The notes: a model not told the origin generated them from the letters alone. Counted from the stretch's first letter, positions 1 to 10,697 are shown. The stretch is 64,000 nucleotides of DNA from Candidatus Latescibacterota bacterium (GCA_965217865.1 CBDCJO010000001.1:544001-608000); one strand, 5' to 3'. Program-made: numbers and translations.

Positions 1-153
1 CGAGACGGCCAACCCGGCGGCGTCGTCCGCGGCCCGATTGATTCGAAGACCTGAAGAGAGACGCTCTATCCGTATTGACAATTCACGATTGTTGATGAGC
101 AAGTGCCGCCGGGTATTAATCGCTGCAATATTGTGATTAACCCGAAGTGGCAT
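1..153 (-). CDS. fliC: Flagellin, N-terminal part (runs off the window start; not in the ORF track)
   Basis: Manual translation from ATG at 153: [51 protein letters not shown], the canonical flagellin N-terminal motif; RBS AAGGAGG at 161-167. Confidence 0.95.
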   Translation of the reverse strand, partial: MPLRVNHNIAAINTRRHLLINNRELSIRIERLSSGLRINRAADDAAGLAVS

Positions 154-350
154 CTTAAAACCTCCTTGTTTTGGTCACCCCTACTTACACTCGGCATCCT
201 TACCGAATGCTTGTTCGTGGATCTTTAGAATTTACAAGGGCATAGATGACTCCTTTCATATAGGCTTTGCGACAGTCCAATCTCTTTCAATACTTAATAA
301 CTGCTTAATTTATCCTAAATGATATTGATTGATACTAAATGGTGTCATTT

Positions 351-378
351 ATATCGGCACCTTTTTTAAAACCCTTTA
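351..378 (-). promoter_or_regulatory. Sigma-28 (FliA/SigD) promoter of flagellin
   Basis: Minus strand TAAA-N16-GCCGATAT about 200 bp upstream of the flagellin ATG; matches the sigma-28 consensus. Confidence 0.85.
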
Positions 379-1045
379 GCATTATTTTTCCGGAATTTAG
401 CCCGTTAAACTCATCCGATGGTGTGATGCTCAATCCGCGGTCCTCGGCTGATCACCCGGGAGCCTATATCCTAAACCCCTCCGCACGATCCCCCTTCAGA
501 CACCGATTCATGGAGACACCCCCTGCTCCACCCGTGATCTCCAGAATCCCCCGGCTGCATTCCCTGTTTGTCTTCCGGGGTTTGATCCTTCAACCTCCGT
601 TCCCTTTTTGTCCTCGGATAGAAATGATTTCTGGTGTCCTGGCTTTTTGGAGCGGGTTTCCCGATTGCATAGGTCCTCGGCCTCTACCTAAATGAAAGAA
701 TTACAGGATCTTTTATTCAGCACGGATCTGATACCCTACGGCTTGAAACAATGATGGCACAGAGGGTAACGTTTTGGGCGACTTTGAAACTACGAACGTG
801 GAACTGACACCGCGTCAGAAGATTCTCTTCTCAGCGCCTGCAGACCCGCATCGCCACTTCCCACGCTATTTAAAGGCTTTGAAAGTGAGGAAGCCCATCC
901 ACAGTCCTGACGGTTCCCGTATCCCGCCAGCGTGTAACAACGGCTGCCCGCGCTCACAGAACCTCTCTCCACCAACAGCGCCTTCGGCGCCATCGGGAAA
1001 CCTCAAGCGTGACTTGCTGACCTCTGGGGTTATGGAGCTGCCGAT

Positions 1046-2248
1046 ATGAACAAGAGCGCTCCCGTGCGTCCCCCCAAAGGGACTCCCAGCCAGGTCGGCA
1101 TTCTTTCCCTGGGCCACGCCGTCACGGATGCCTATGCGGCGTTTCCGCCCCCCCTCTGGCCGATCCTTGTAGCCAAATTGGGTCTGTCGTTGAGCCTTGT
1201 TGGTCTTTCGACCGCCGTTTTGCACATCTCGACGTCGTTCTTCCAACTACTCTATGGCTACCTGGCCGATCGAACGCAGAGGCGTCTGTTCGTCGTGGCC
1301 GGTCCGGCGATCTCCGGCATATTTATGGGCATGATCGGACAAGCCCAATCCTACGCAGTGTTGCTGACCTTGCTGGTGCTCGCGGGTTGGGGGGTGGCCG
1401 CCTTTCATCCCCAAGCTACGGCGACCGTCGGGATGGGGGGGTTTGAGCGGAAGGGACTCGCCATTTCGATCTTTATGTCCGGGGGTAGCCTGGGTTATTC
1501 CGCGGGTCCCTTGATCGCCTCCTCTTTTGTGGTATGGCACGGCCTGCAAAATCTCTATCTTCTTATTCTACCTGGTGTTCTGATTTCCTGTGTCCTGTTT
1601 CGATTCGTGCCCTCCCCTCCTCCGCGACAGCCTGCAGTCGGCCTTTTTGTGGACTTCAGAAGATGGTTTCGGCCGTTAGCCGTCATCTACGCCATTTCCG
1701 CACTCCGGGCTTCGGCGGTCACCGGACTGATCACATTTCTCCCCCTCCTGCTTCAGTCCCGTGGGCATTCCCTGGTCGAGGGAGGAGGGGTCCTCAGCCT
1801 TTTCCTGCTATCCGGAGGCGTCGGAGGGTTTGTCGGGGGTGCCCTTTCCGATCGTGTCGACAGAAGAAGGCTCATCCTGTTCTCCCTTCTGGCAAGCCCC
1901 CCCCTTCTTCTGATGATGATCAACACGGGGAACATCGGGATTCCATTTTTGCTCCTGATGTCCCTTTCAAGTTGCATCCTCTTCCTCTGCCACTCGGTGA
2001 CCGTGATCCTCGCCCAGGAAATCCTTCCGAACAGGATCAACACGGTTTCAGCCCTGATGATGGGTGCGTCGTGGGGAACGGGAAGTCTATTGGCCGGAGC
2101 ATTCGGATTCTTCGCGGATGCTTACGGTCTACCAGCCACATTATCCGGGATCGCATCGATTCCCACCCTCGGGGGTATTTTGTGTCTTATCTTTTTCAAA
2201 ACCAGCGTGAGGGAATCAACCGATTCATTGACCACCAAGCGTGCGTGA
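1046..2248 (+). CDS. MFS transporter (Fsr-like)
   Basis: 400 aa, about 12 hydrophobic segments, motifs GYLADRTQRR, FHPQA and GALSDRVDRR. Confidence 0.9.
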   Translation: MNKSAPVRPPKGTPSQVGILSLGHAVTDAYAAFPPPLWPILVAKLGLSLSLVGLSTAVLHISTSFFQLLYGYLADRTQRRLFVVAGPAISGIFMGMIGQAQSYAVLLTLLVLAGWGVAAFHPQATATVGMGGFERKGLAISIFMSGGSLGYSAGPLIASSFVVWHGLQNLYLLILPGVLISCVLFRFVPSPPPRQPAVGLFVDFRRWFRPLAVIYAISALRASAVTGLITFLPLLLQSRGHSLVEGGGVLSLFLLSGGVGGFVGGALSDRVDRRRLILFSLLASPPLLLMMINTGNIGIPFLLLMSLSSCILFLCHSVTVILAQEILPNRINTVSALMMGASWGTGSLLAGAFGFFADAYGLPATLSGIASIPTLGGILCLIFFKTSVRESTDSLTTKRA

Positions 2249-2291
2249 GGAAATCTGGCCCGTCCCATTAATATTCTGAGGAAGAGACTCG

Positions 2292-2639
2292 ATGGCGTTT
2301 CAGATAACCTGGAGAAGATGGTTTAAAAAAGCCCAGCGGCGGATTCGGAGCACAAAAAAACTCCCTTTGCAGCGGGCATATCTGAAACAGCGCCGCTTGT
2401 GGGACTATGCCATCGCCGTATGCGGAGTCCTGACCGTGGTGGCGGCCATCTTAGAGCCATCCCTGGCCCTCTTGCCTGCTTTGACCACGGTATTTGCCAT
2501 CTACCAGTACCGGAAATGCAATCGAATCGCCGAGATGATCGGAGATGCGGAGGAACTTCACCGTTGGGTGGAAAAATTGCAGAAGGAAGAGGAGCGGTCG
2601 GAGAGGCTCCGGCAGAGGGGATCCGGAGGAAAAGCGTAA
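2292..2639 (+). CDS. Hypothetical small membrane protein
   Basis: 115 aa ORF with an upstream purine-rich RBS-like tract, two hydrophobic segments and a charged tail. Confidence 0.6.
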   Translation: MAFQITWRRWFKKAQRRIRSTKKLPLQRAYLKQRRLWDYAIAVCGVLTVVAAILEPSLALLPALTTVFAIYQYRKCNRIAEMIGDAEELHRWVEKLQKEEERSERLRQRGSGGKA

Positions 2640-2812
2640 ATACCTGTTTTTCAGGCCTTAATGATCTTATTATCCTTAACCTGAACCAGGACGAATCCTC
2701 AGACTATTTGTTTGACATCTGTATGGCTCCCGTGTTACCTTGTGTATGGTTAGGTAAACCACGATTTTATGCACCAGGATTCCACCCGCGAATATTGTTT
2801 TAAAAGGAGGAA

Positions 2813-3460
2813 GTGGCTGTGAAAGCATATGTTGCTGAGTTTATCGGTACCTTCGCTTTGGTTTTTCTGGGGTCCGCATCCGTTGCCCTCGCTCCCGCAT
2901 CCGTAGGCCCGATCATGCCCGCTCTGGGCCACGGCCTTGCCCTGGTCTCCATCGTATACACCTTCGGGCATATCAGTGGCGCGCACGTCAATCCGGCCGT
3001 GACTATCGGAGTCGCTATCGCAGGCGCGATCAAGCCGGCCACGGCAATCGTTTACATCGTTGTACAGATCGTCGGGGCCATCGTCGGCGCGTGGATCCTG
3101 AACAAAATCCTGAGCGGCCAGGCCGCCAATTTCGGCGCATTCAGCTTCACCACGGCCACATCCAAGGCCCTCCTCCTGGAGGCCATCCTCACATTCTTCC
3201 TGGTAAGCGTCGTACTCCAGGCGGCTGTCGCGGGCAAGGCCGGACCGGCCGCCGGGCTCGCCATCGGGTTGACCCTTGCGGTATGTATCGTGGCAGGGGG
3301 CTCGATCACAGGCGCCTCTCTGAACCCCGCCCGCACGCTCGGCCCGGCCATCGTCTCGGGGAATATGGGCCAGGTCTGGGTCTATATCGTCGGAACGATC
3401 CTGGGAGGATCCATAGCGGCGGTCGTGAATCGCTATGTCCTGGGGATCGATGCCAGTTGA
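2813..3460 (+). CDS. Aquaporin / MIP family channel
   Basis: Two NPA motifs (SGAHVNPAVT, GASLNPART), AEFIGTF start motif, RBS AGGAGG. Confidence 0.95.
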   Translation: MAVKAYVAEFIGTFALVFLGSASVALAPASVGPIMPALGHGLALVSIVYTFGHISGAHVNPAVTIGVAIAGAIKPATAIVYIVVQIVGAIVGAWILNKILSGQAANFGAFSFTTATSKALLLEAILTFFLVSVVLQAAVAGKAGPAAGLAIGLTLAVCIVAGGSITGASLNPARTLGPAIVSGNMGQVWVYIVGTILGGSIAAVVNRYVLGIDAS

Positions 3461-3484
3461 CCGTTTCCCGGCCAAGAGGATCCC

Positions 3485-4924
3485 ATGCCAACCGATCGTG
3501 AGGAATACCAAAATCCCCTGACCAGGCGGTATGCCAGTCGCGAGATGAGCGCCTGCTTTTCAGACCAGAAGAAGTTCAGCACCTGGCGAAGGCTCTGGGT
3601 TGCCCTGGCCGAGGCGGAGCAGGAACTCGGCCTCCCGATCACAGACGCGCAGATTGCCGAGCTTCGCCGCTTCCAGGACGATATCAACTTTGAGGCCGCG
3701 GACACCCGCGAACGGCAGATCCGGCACGATGTGATGGCTCACATTTACGCCTACGGGCTACAGTGCCCGAACGCCCGGTCCATCATCCACCTGGGCGCGA
3801 CCAGCGCTTACGTCCAGGACAACACGGACCTGATTCAGATGCGCGACGGCCTCCTGATCCTGAAGCGGAAGATCGTCAACCTGATCGCGGAGTACAGGTC
3901 CTTCGCCGTGGCTTACAAAGACCTCGTTACCCTCGGCTTCACCCACTTTCAGTCCGCCCAGCCGACAACGGTCGGAAAGCGGGCGACGCTCTGGCTGCAG
4001 GACTTCCTGATCGATTATCACGAGCTCGAACACCGCCTGGCAACGCTTCGTCTCCTCGGCTCCAAAGGCACCACCGGGACCCAGGCAAGCTTCGTGGAAC
4101 TTTTCGAAGGGGATGAAAAAAAGGTCGTGGAACTTGATCGGAAGGTGGCCGAAAAGATGGGGTTCGCCCGCACTTATTGTGTCACCGGGCAAACTGCACC
4201 CCGAAAGGTGGACTCCCAGTCAGCTGCTTTCCTGGTCGGCCTGGCGGAGTCCGCCCATAAATTCGGGGATGACATTCGCCTTCTGCAGCATCTCAGGGAG
4301 GTGGAGGAGCCGTTCGGGAAGGAGCAGGTGGGATCCTCTGCGATGGCCTACAAGCGCAATCCGATGCGATGCGAACGGATATGCTCCCTCGCACGGTACT
4401 TGGCCTCCCTATTCCAGAGTCTGGTTTGGACCGCATCTACCCAGTGGCTGGAGCGGACCCTGGATGACTCCGCGAACAAGCGTCTCGCCATACCCCAGAT
4501 GTTCCTGGCGGCCGACGGGATCCTGATCCTCCAGCTCAACGTCGTTCGAGGCCTGGTGGTTCACCCGAAGGTGATCAGCCAGCACCTGGACCGTGAACTT
4601 CCTTTCCTGGTCAGCGAGGCCATCTTGATGGAGGGTGTCAAGCGAGGGGGCGATCGACAAGCCCTGCACGAGCGAATCCGTCAGCACGCCATGGCCGCAG
4701 GGCAGGTCCTCGTGGACGAGGGAGGGGACAACGACCTTCTGGACCGGATCGCCGGTGACCCCGCTTTCGGGTTCACCCGGGAGGACCTGGACCGGACCAT
4801 CGAACCGTCCAGGTTCGCAGGTCGGGCGTCTTCGCAGGTGGTTGAATTCGTTCGGGATGAGGTCGATCCTGTCCTGGAGGCCGAGGCGGACCTCCTCGGG
4901 TCCGAGGCGGAGGTCCGGGTGTGA
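3485..4924 (+). CDS. purB: Adenylosuccinate lyase
   Basis: RHDVMAH, HLGATS, GFTHFQSAQPTT and the signature GSSAMAYKRNP. Confidence 0.96.
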   Translation: MPTDREEYQNPLTRRYASREMSACFSDQKKFSTWRRLWVALAEAEQELGLPITDAQIAELRRFQDDINFEAADTRERQIRHDVMAHIYAYGLQCPNARSIIHLGATSAYVQDNTDLIQMRDGLLILKRKIVNLIAEYRSFAVAYKDLVTLGFTHFQSAQPTTVGKRATLWLQDFLIDYHELEHRLATLRLLGSKGTTGTQASFVELFEGDEKKVVELDRKVAEKMGFARTYCVTGQTAPRKVDSQSAAFLVGLAESAHKFGDDIRLLQHLREVEEPFGKEQVGSSAMAYKRNPMRCERICSLARYLASLFQSLVWTASTQWLERTLDDSANKRLAIPQMFLAADGILILQLNVVRGLVVHPKVISQHLDRELPFLVSEAILMEGVKRGGDRQALHERIRQHAMAAGQVLVDEGGDNDLLDRIAGDPAFGFTREDLDRTIEPSRFAGRASSQVVEFVRDEVDPVLEAEADLLGSEAEVRV

Positions 4925-5595
4925 CCGAACCCGACCTCCCCTGTATCGGAACAGACGAGTCGGGGAAAGGAGACTACCTCGGACCTTTGGTGGTGGCCGG
5001 CGCCTGCCTGGATGAACCCGCGGCCAACGATCTGTCGGTCCGGGGAGTGATGGACTGCAAACGCCTGACGGACCGCAGGGTAAAGGAACTTTCAACGAAG
5101 ATCAGGGAAATTTGCGGACCGAAACGGTTTTCCGAAGTCGTGCTTCCCCCCGAGACCTACAACAGGCTTTATGAGGAGATGAAACGTGAAGGAAAAAATC
5201 TCAACACCCTCCTGGGTTGGGGACACGCTCGCGTTATTGAGAACATCCTAAACATGACCCCATGTCCCCTGATCGTTGCCGACCAGTTCGGGGACGAAAA
5301 CCTCATCCGCTCCCACCTCTCCAGCGCCTTCAATAATATCAAACCCAAACTCATCCAGCGCCCCCGGGCAGAAACCCATATCTCCGTGGCCGCGGCTTCC
5401 ATCCTCGCGCGGGATCGCTTTATCCGGTGGATGGAAGACGCATCTCATCGTCTCGGTGGCGCCTTGCCAAAGGGTGCATCTTCCGCTGTCACCGAGGCCG
5501 CGCAATCGATCGTGACCCGATATGGTCCTGATGAGCTCCGAAAAGTCGCCAAACTCCACTTCCGCACCACGCGAGAGGTCCTGAAGGCGACTTGA
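4921..5595 (+). CDS. rnhC: Ribonuclease HIII-type protein (catalytic domain only)
   Basis: IGTDESGKGDYLGPLVV, DCKRL, DQF, VAAASILARD, LPKGA, AKLHF; GTG start overlaps the purB stop. Confidence 0.8.
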   Translation: MTEPDLPCIGTDESGKGDYLGPLVVAGACLDEPAANDLSVRGVMDCKRLTDRRVKELSTKIREICGPKRFSEVVLPPETYNRLYEEMKREGKNLNTLLGWGHARVIENILNMTPCPLIVADQFGDENLIRSHLSSAFNNIKPKLIQRPRAETHISVAAASILARDRFIRWMEDASHRLGGALPKGASSAVTEAAQSIVTRYGPDELRKVAKLHFRTTREVLKAT

Positions 5596-5640
5596 TCCTT
5601 CAGCGTCCTTTTCGTCAGCTGGAGGGATTCCCGATTTCCT

Positions 5641-7524
5641 TCACGAAACCGGTCTGTTGAAGGCGACCCGCCTCAAAATTCCTTTCCCCTGTTCGATCTC
5701 GTAAGTGAAACCCGCCTCAAGGTTCTCCAGAGATTCCGTTGAACCTCCGGGCCACCTAATCGACAGACGATCCACCCGGTTCCGGCCCCCAAGCCCGAAC
5801 GTTAAGGTGGTCTCGCTCTGGCTGAGATAGGAGGAACCCGTGCGAACCATCGACTGCTGCTCCATGTCCCCGGCGATTGCGGTGACGATCGCCCCCAGGG
5901 CTTGCAGGTTGGGCGACGCCCCCTTCAGGTGCAGGCGAACGGCCTGCCCAACCGGCCCATCGTTCCGGGCGAGAAAGGCGGGACCACCGCAGGTGGTTAG
6001 GACCAGATCCAGGTCGCCGTCGCCGTCCAGGTCCCCTGCGGCCATACCCCGCGCGACCAGACCCATGTCAAAGGGGGATCCGGATCTGTCCGTCACCTCC
6101 CGGAAGACCCCTTCACCCGCATTCCAGAAAAGCTGCGGCCGCTGCGCGTAGGAGATATCCTTCTGAACGCTCTGGATTTCGGGTTCGATATGGCCGTTTG
6201 CCAACGCAAGGTCCGTAAATCCGTCGAGATCATAGTCTAAGAACAGAAGCCCGAATGTGAGCCTCGGAAGACTCGCCTGCGTAATTCGCCTCCCGCCCGC
6301 CTCATCGATGAAGACCCCCCCGCCCGCCTCGCGGTACATGGAGACAGGCTCACGGCTGAAGTTTCCAATCGCGATCGAGAGGACACGGTCGTTGTCCAAC
6401 GAGGCCACGTCCACCCCCATCCCTGCGCGGGCCCTTCCCACCTCATCATACGCGACGCCAGAGGCCAGTGCAACGTCCTCAAAGCTCCCGTCTCCCCGGT
6501 TCCGATACAAAAAGTTCGGCTGAGTATCGTTCGTGACGACGATGTCGGGATAACCGTCGCCGTTGAAGTCTGCGACCGCCAACCCCATCGACTTCCCCTC
6601 CGGGTTGTAAATTCCCGCCTTTTTTGTGATCTCCCCGAAGGTTCCATCACCCAAGTTGCGGTAGAGACGACACGTCGAGCCGTCATACTGCTGAGGTGTG
6701 GCATACGACTTGTTCACCCCATCGATCGTGGTGAAAAGGTCTGTCTCCGGGGACCACCGGACATAGTTGCAGACAAACAGGTCGATCCAGCCGTCAAGAT
6801 CTACGTCCACCCATGCCCCGCCCGTGGACCACTCCGGGTTTTCTCTTCCACCTTCCCCCTTCCATCGTCCTCCTCCCACCCCTGCCTTTCCCGTGACATC
6901 GCGGAATCGTGCCCCGTCATTCCGAAGAAGACGGTTGTCCCCCATCGCAGTCAGAAAAAGATCCGCATCCCCGTCTGCGTCATAATCCCCGGCCGCCGCA
7001 CCCATCCCATATATTGATAAGGAAAGGCCCGCCTCTTTCGTGACGTCCTCGAATGTCCCGTCTCCCCGGTTTCGATACAGCCGGGAAATCGGGGCCACAC
7101 CGTCCTTATCGTGTCCCGGCCAGGTATCGCTGTTCACCAGGAAGATATCCAGAGACCCGTCGCCATCATAGTCGAACAGCGCGCACCCGCTCCCCATGCT
7201 CTCCGGCATCCACTTTTCTCCGAACGCCCCTGTTTCGTGGAGAAAGTCGATCCCCGACGCACTCGTAATGTCGGAGAAGGTGATTGACGGCGGCTCCCCC
7301 CGAACCCCGGAAAGGGTATAGTCCGCTTGGGGTTTCGCGTAGGTGGAAGGATCTATTTTCGGCTCCGACTTTTCCGGGCCGCAAGAAACCGGGTAACAGA
7401 GTATAATAAGGCACAGGAGGAGAAAGTAGGATCGAGACCGCACCGGGGAAAAATTGAAGGCCTTGGAGGTATTAATTATCGCTTTTGATCGTTCCCTCAC
7501 CATCTTGCGTAGATCAATTTCCAT
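5641..7524 (-). CDS. CRTAC1/ASPIC-UnbV family FG-GAP repeat protein
   Basis: Repeated DxDxDG loops (DYDGDG, DYDADG, DVDLDG, DFNGDG, DLDGDG) and C-terminal SYLSQ...LTFGLG...IRWPGG; possible lipoprotein signal. True start may be downstream of 7524. Confidence 0.9.
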   Translation of the reverse strand: MEIDLRKMVRERSKAIINTSKAFNFSPVRSRSYFLLLCLIILCYPVSCGPEKSEPKIDPSTYAKPQADYTLSGVRGEPPSITFSDITSASGIDFLHETGAFGEKWMPESMGSGCALFDYDGDGSLDIFLVNSDTWPGHDKDGVAPISRLYRNRGDGTFEDVTKEAGLSLSIYGMGAAAGDYDADGDADLFLTAMGDNRLLRNDGARFRDVTGKAGVGGGRWKGEGGRENPEWSTGGAWVDVDLDGWIDLFVCNYVRWSPETDLFTTIDGVNKSYATPQQYDGSTCRLYRNLGDGTFGEITKKAGIYNPEGKSMGLAVADFNGDGYPDIVVTNDTQPNFLYRNRGDGSFEDVALASGVAYDEVGRARAGMGVDVASLDNDRVLSIAIGNFSREPVSMYREAGGGVFIDEAGGRRITQASLPRLTFGLLFLDYDLDGFTDLALANGHIEPEIQSVQKDISYAQRPQLFWNAGEGVFREVTDRSGSPFDMGLVARGMAAGDLDGDGDLDLVLTTCGGPAFLARNDGPVGQAVRLHLKGASPNLQALGAIVTAIAGDMEQQSMVRTGSSYLSQSETTLTFGLGGRNRVDRLSIRWPGGSTESLENLEAGFTYEIEQGKGILRRVAFNRPVS

Positions 7525-7527
7525 TTT

Positions 7528-10470
7528 TCATTTTCCGTTTTCTCCGTTCTCATATGTACCTAGACGACGTCCATCGGAAACCCATAGCGGCACCGGCCTC
7601 CGATAGAGCGGCTGTGTGGACCGCGTGTCTTCAGGATGTCTTAGCAGATAGGTCCTTGTGGCCTCTTTCGCAGATTCATCGATCTGATAGACGAGATAGG
7701 CCTTTTCAGCACCCTCAGCCTCCTTCGTCCTGCCCAGTGCCCGAAGCGCGAGCATCCTGTGATAATGGGCGACCCGGTGCTCGGGATCGATCTCAAGCAC
7801 ACGCCCCATAGCCTCCAGGGATTCGATAAACTTTCCGTCCAGGTAGAGGACCCGCCCAAGATTCGACCAGGCCGCCCGATCCTCGGGAAAGTCCTGAAGG
7901 ACCCGCCGGTAGGCATTGGCGGACCTTTCATATCGGCCGTCCTCCTGAAGCACGATCCCCCAGACCCAGGCATTCTGCGGATCGTTGGGTGACAAACCTT
8001 CGGCGATCTGGATCTGTTTGTAGGCCTCCAGGATATTTCCGTCTTTTACCGCGGTTCGGGCTAAGTTGCGGGGTCCGTCTGGCAGGTCCGGAGCCAGGGA
8101 GGCGACCCGTACGAAAGCCCACTGCGCCCATTTCGTCTCGTTCTGGAGGAGAAGCCCGATCCCGTAGTCGTTAAGTCTTGACCACGCCACCCCTGGCTTT
8201 ATCTCCGTTTCCACCGCTGCGATCCCCGCCCCTTTGGGAAGGACAGGAAGCACGACTTCGTCCTTTGCGATCTGGGTGATCGGAAGGTCCGGCACCCTTT
8301 CGAAGCCCGCAAACCCGACCCGATTGGCGTGGAAAGCGAACTCAGTGTACTTCCGATCGAACTTTCGCCAGAGGAGTCGGGCCCGCAACGTCAATTCATT
8401 GCTTGAGGGATTTTCCGGAACTCGGAACGAATATCGGGCGACATCAGCGGTCCCCGGTCCGATCACACGGACATAGACCGAAGTAAAGATGTCCTGGGCG
8501 TTGCGACGGTGGATCGCATTACCATAACGATCGACCAGGAGGGCCTTGTAGAAATGTGCTTCGGGGTCAACGTGACCGTCCGCTCGAACGAAACCGTTGA
8601 CCGCGATCGGACCGCCCTCGGAATCGACGACGGAAAATTCCAGCCAACCCTCGTTCGAATCATTCGTTCCGCCCGGGAAGGTGTGCCCGACACCCTGGTT
8701 CCGGACGACCACATCAACCGAGACTTCGTCTCCGGCTACAACCGCGGGACGGATCGCGTCCAGGGGACCGATGGGCGTCCCAGACTCCCCCCGACGGATC
8801 GCAAACAGATCCACCCGCAGTTTCTCATCCTGCAGGAACGATTCGATCCTCCCGATCGTTTCTTCGTCCCCACGCAAAAACGGGAGAGCGGTGTTAACAG
8901 CCAAAAAACGGTGAGACCTGACGAAGCCGTCCTTGGCCGCCACGTCCCCCCGAAAGACCTTTTCCAGAGGCATGTGACAGTCCTGGCAGATTCGCTTGTT
9001 CGATGGAAGATAGAAGGTTCGCGAAGCGTTGCGCGCCACTCCGCTGTCGTGCCAGTTGTCGAACTCATCCTGCCCTCGCACCCAGCGGTAGCCGTTCAGT
9101 CTGACATCTAGGCTTACTTTGTGGCAGGTTGCGCAGAACTCAGGGGACCGGAAGAACGGCTTGAGCATCTGGCCCTTGTGGACAGTGGGTTTTGCTTTGA
9201 GGGCTGCGTCATGGATTGCCTGACCCAGGGTGTTCTTCGAATCCGCGAAGAGATAGGGATCCTCCTGTTCATCCGCGATATTGTAACCCCCGTTTCCTGT
9301 CCGGTTGTGGATCTTATCGATGGCGTGACAACCCAGGCAGGTGAGACCGGCCTGAGCCTGTGCGCTTCGTCGGTCGATCGGTTCGGTCATCTTTCCGGCC
9401 AGCATCAACGCCGGGTCGTGACAGCCGGAACACCACTTGGACTTCACAGAGGCCTCCCGTCCTTTGAGTTCCTCGTAGTGGACGAGGTGGGCTTGAACTT
9501 CCGGATTGGAAGATCTCGAATTTTCACGCATGTCGTTGATCGTGGCCTCATAAAACGGATTGTTGAACGAAGCGAAGCGGTGGGCGGACCGGGACCACTG
9601 TTCCACGATGTCGGCGTGGCAGCGCGCGCAGGTCGCTGCGCCAATCTCTTCATTCACCACAAAGCCATATCGATCTAAGTCCGGGGAGAGCCGATCCGGC
9701 CGCGAGATGTCCCCTCGTGTGATGATCCGCGACGGCAGGAAGTCTCCCGTGGTCGTGGTCGCGGCTGACGGAAAGAACGGGCTGTCGGTCGGCACATAGT
9801 TTGCAGGGAGAAACCCGTCCCGAACGTAGGCGGTAAGGTCCCGGGCCCGGGCCCCGGGGCCCCTGTCTTTCCCCGCGGAAGCCGCAATCCGCGCTTCTTC
9901 GGTCAGGACCATCCCTCGGGGACTCATGCCGTGGCCGATGATCGCCAGGAAGGCAACTGCCAGGACAGCGGCGATCCCGTTCCGGATCGTGGTGCGTGAC
10001 GGTGCTGAGATCGATACCAGGCGGTGGTAGAGATAAACGGAAGGGACCAGACCCGCACAGACCACGTGAACCCAGAATGCCCACCGATTGTCACGGCTGT
10101 TGGCCGCGGTGAGGATAAACAGGCCGGTGACTGCAAGGACAAGGCCGCCGATGACCAGGGTTACCCCGGAGTTAATCGAGGTTGGGTGCCGCCTTCTCCA
10201 CACACCCGGCAGATGCCAGATGAGAAACACGACCGCGACCAGGACCATGGCCAGTCCCGCCCCGGTGTGCAGGAGAACCATCCCCTGAAAGAGCCTGGGG
10301 AGAGCCAGTTCCGTGAGGGCGAAATATCCGATGCCCGCCGCTCCGGCGACGCGATTCGCCAGGAGATAGAGCGTGTTTCCGAAGACGAAGACCCCAAGGG
10401 CAACGAGCAAAAGGAGGAGTCGTCGCTTTCCCCCTTTCAAACCGAATTGTTCATCTCGATCGTTCGGCAC
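7528..10470 (-). CDS. Membrane-anchored multiheme cytochrome c with C-terminal TPR repeats
   Basis: N-terminal TM bundle with His residues; five CxxCH motifs (CARCH, CSGCH, CLGCH, CATCH, CQDCH); TPR-like helices at the C-terminus. Confidence 0.85.
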   Translation of the reverse strand: MPNDRDEQFGLKGGKRRLLLLLVALGVFVFGNTLYLLANRVAGAAGIGYFALTELALPRLFQGMVLLHTGAGLAMVLVAVVFLIWHLPGVWRRRHPTSINSGVTLVIGGLVLAVTGLFILTAANSRDNRWAFWVHVVCAGLVPSVYLYHRLVSISAPSRTTIRNGIAAVLAVAFLAIIGHGMSPRGMVLTEEARIAASAGKDRGPGARARDLTAYVRDGFLPANYVPTDSPFFPSAATTTTGDFLPSRIITRGDISRPDRLSPDLDRYGFVVNEEIGAATCARCHADIVEQWSRSAHRFASFNNPFYEATINDMRENSRSSNPEVQAHLVHYEELKGREASVKSKWCSGCHDPALMLAGKMTEPIDRRSAQAQAGLTCLGCHAIDKIHNRTGNGGYNIADEQEDPYLFADSKNTLGQAIHDAALKAKPTVHKGQMLKPFFRSPEFCATCHKVSLDVRLNGYRWVRGQDEFDNWHDSGVARNASRTFYLPSNKRICQDCHMPLEKVFRGDVAAKDGFVRSHRFLAVNTALPFLRGDEETIGRIESFLQDEKLRVDLFAIRRGESGTPIGPLDAIRPAVVAGDEVSVDVVVRNQGVGHTFPGGTNDSNEGWLEFSVVDSEGGPIAVNGFVRADGHVDPEAHFYKALLVDRYGNAIHRRNAQDIFTSVYVRVIGPGTADVARYSFRVPENPSSNELTLRARLLWRKFDRKYTEFAFHANRVGFAGFERVPDLPITQIAKDEVVLPVLPKGAGIAAVETEIKPGVAWSRLNDYGIGLLLQNETKWAQWAFVRVASLAPDLPDGPRNLARTAVKDGNILEAYKQIQIAEGLSPNDPQNAWVWGIVLQEDGRYERSANAYRRVLQDFPEDRAAWSNLGRVLYLDGKFIESLEAMGRVLEIDPEHRVAHYHRMLALRALGRTKEAEGAEKAYLVYQIDESAKEATRTYLLRHPEDTRSTQPLYRRPVPLWVSDGRRLGTYENGENGK

Positions 10471-10697
10471 TGCAGGCTCTCCGATACCCGATGATTGGCG
10501 ATACGAGGTTTTGTGATATGACCCAAAAATAAACTACCAGAATCATATTGACCTGTCAAGCTTCCCCCGATCGGATATAAACGGTCCCCCGTGAATAATC
10601 GCTCCTCAACGGAAAGCGTTACCTATGATTCCCCTTGTCCTGTAACTGAGCGTTTATATATTTCAACGACAACATTTCAACGGCAACCGAGGCAATA

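Noticed and set aside
339-1049. Short ORFs between fliC and the MFS gene
   Set aside because: No RBS or recognisable motifs; Pro/Ser-rich composition typical of non-coding frames.
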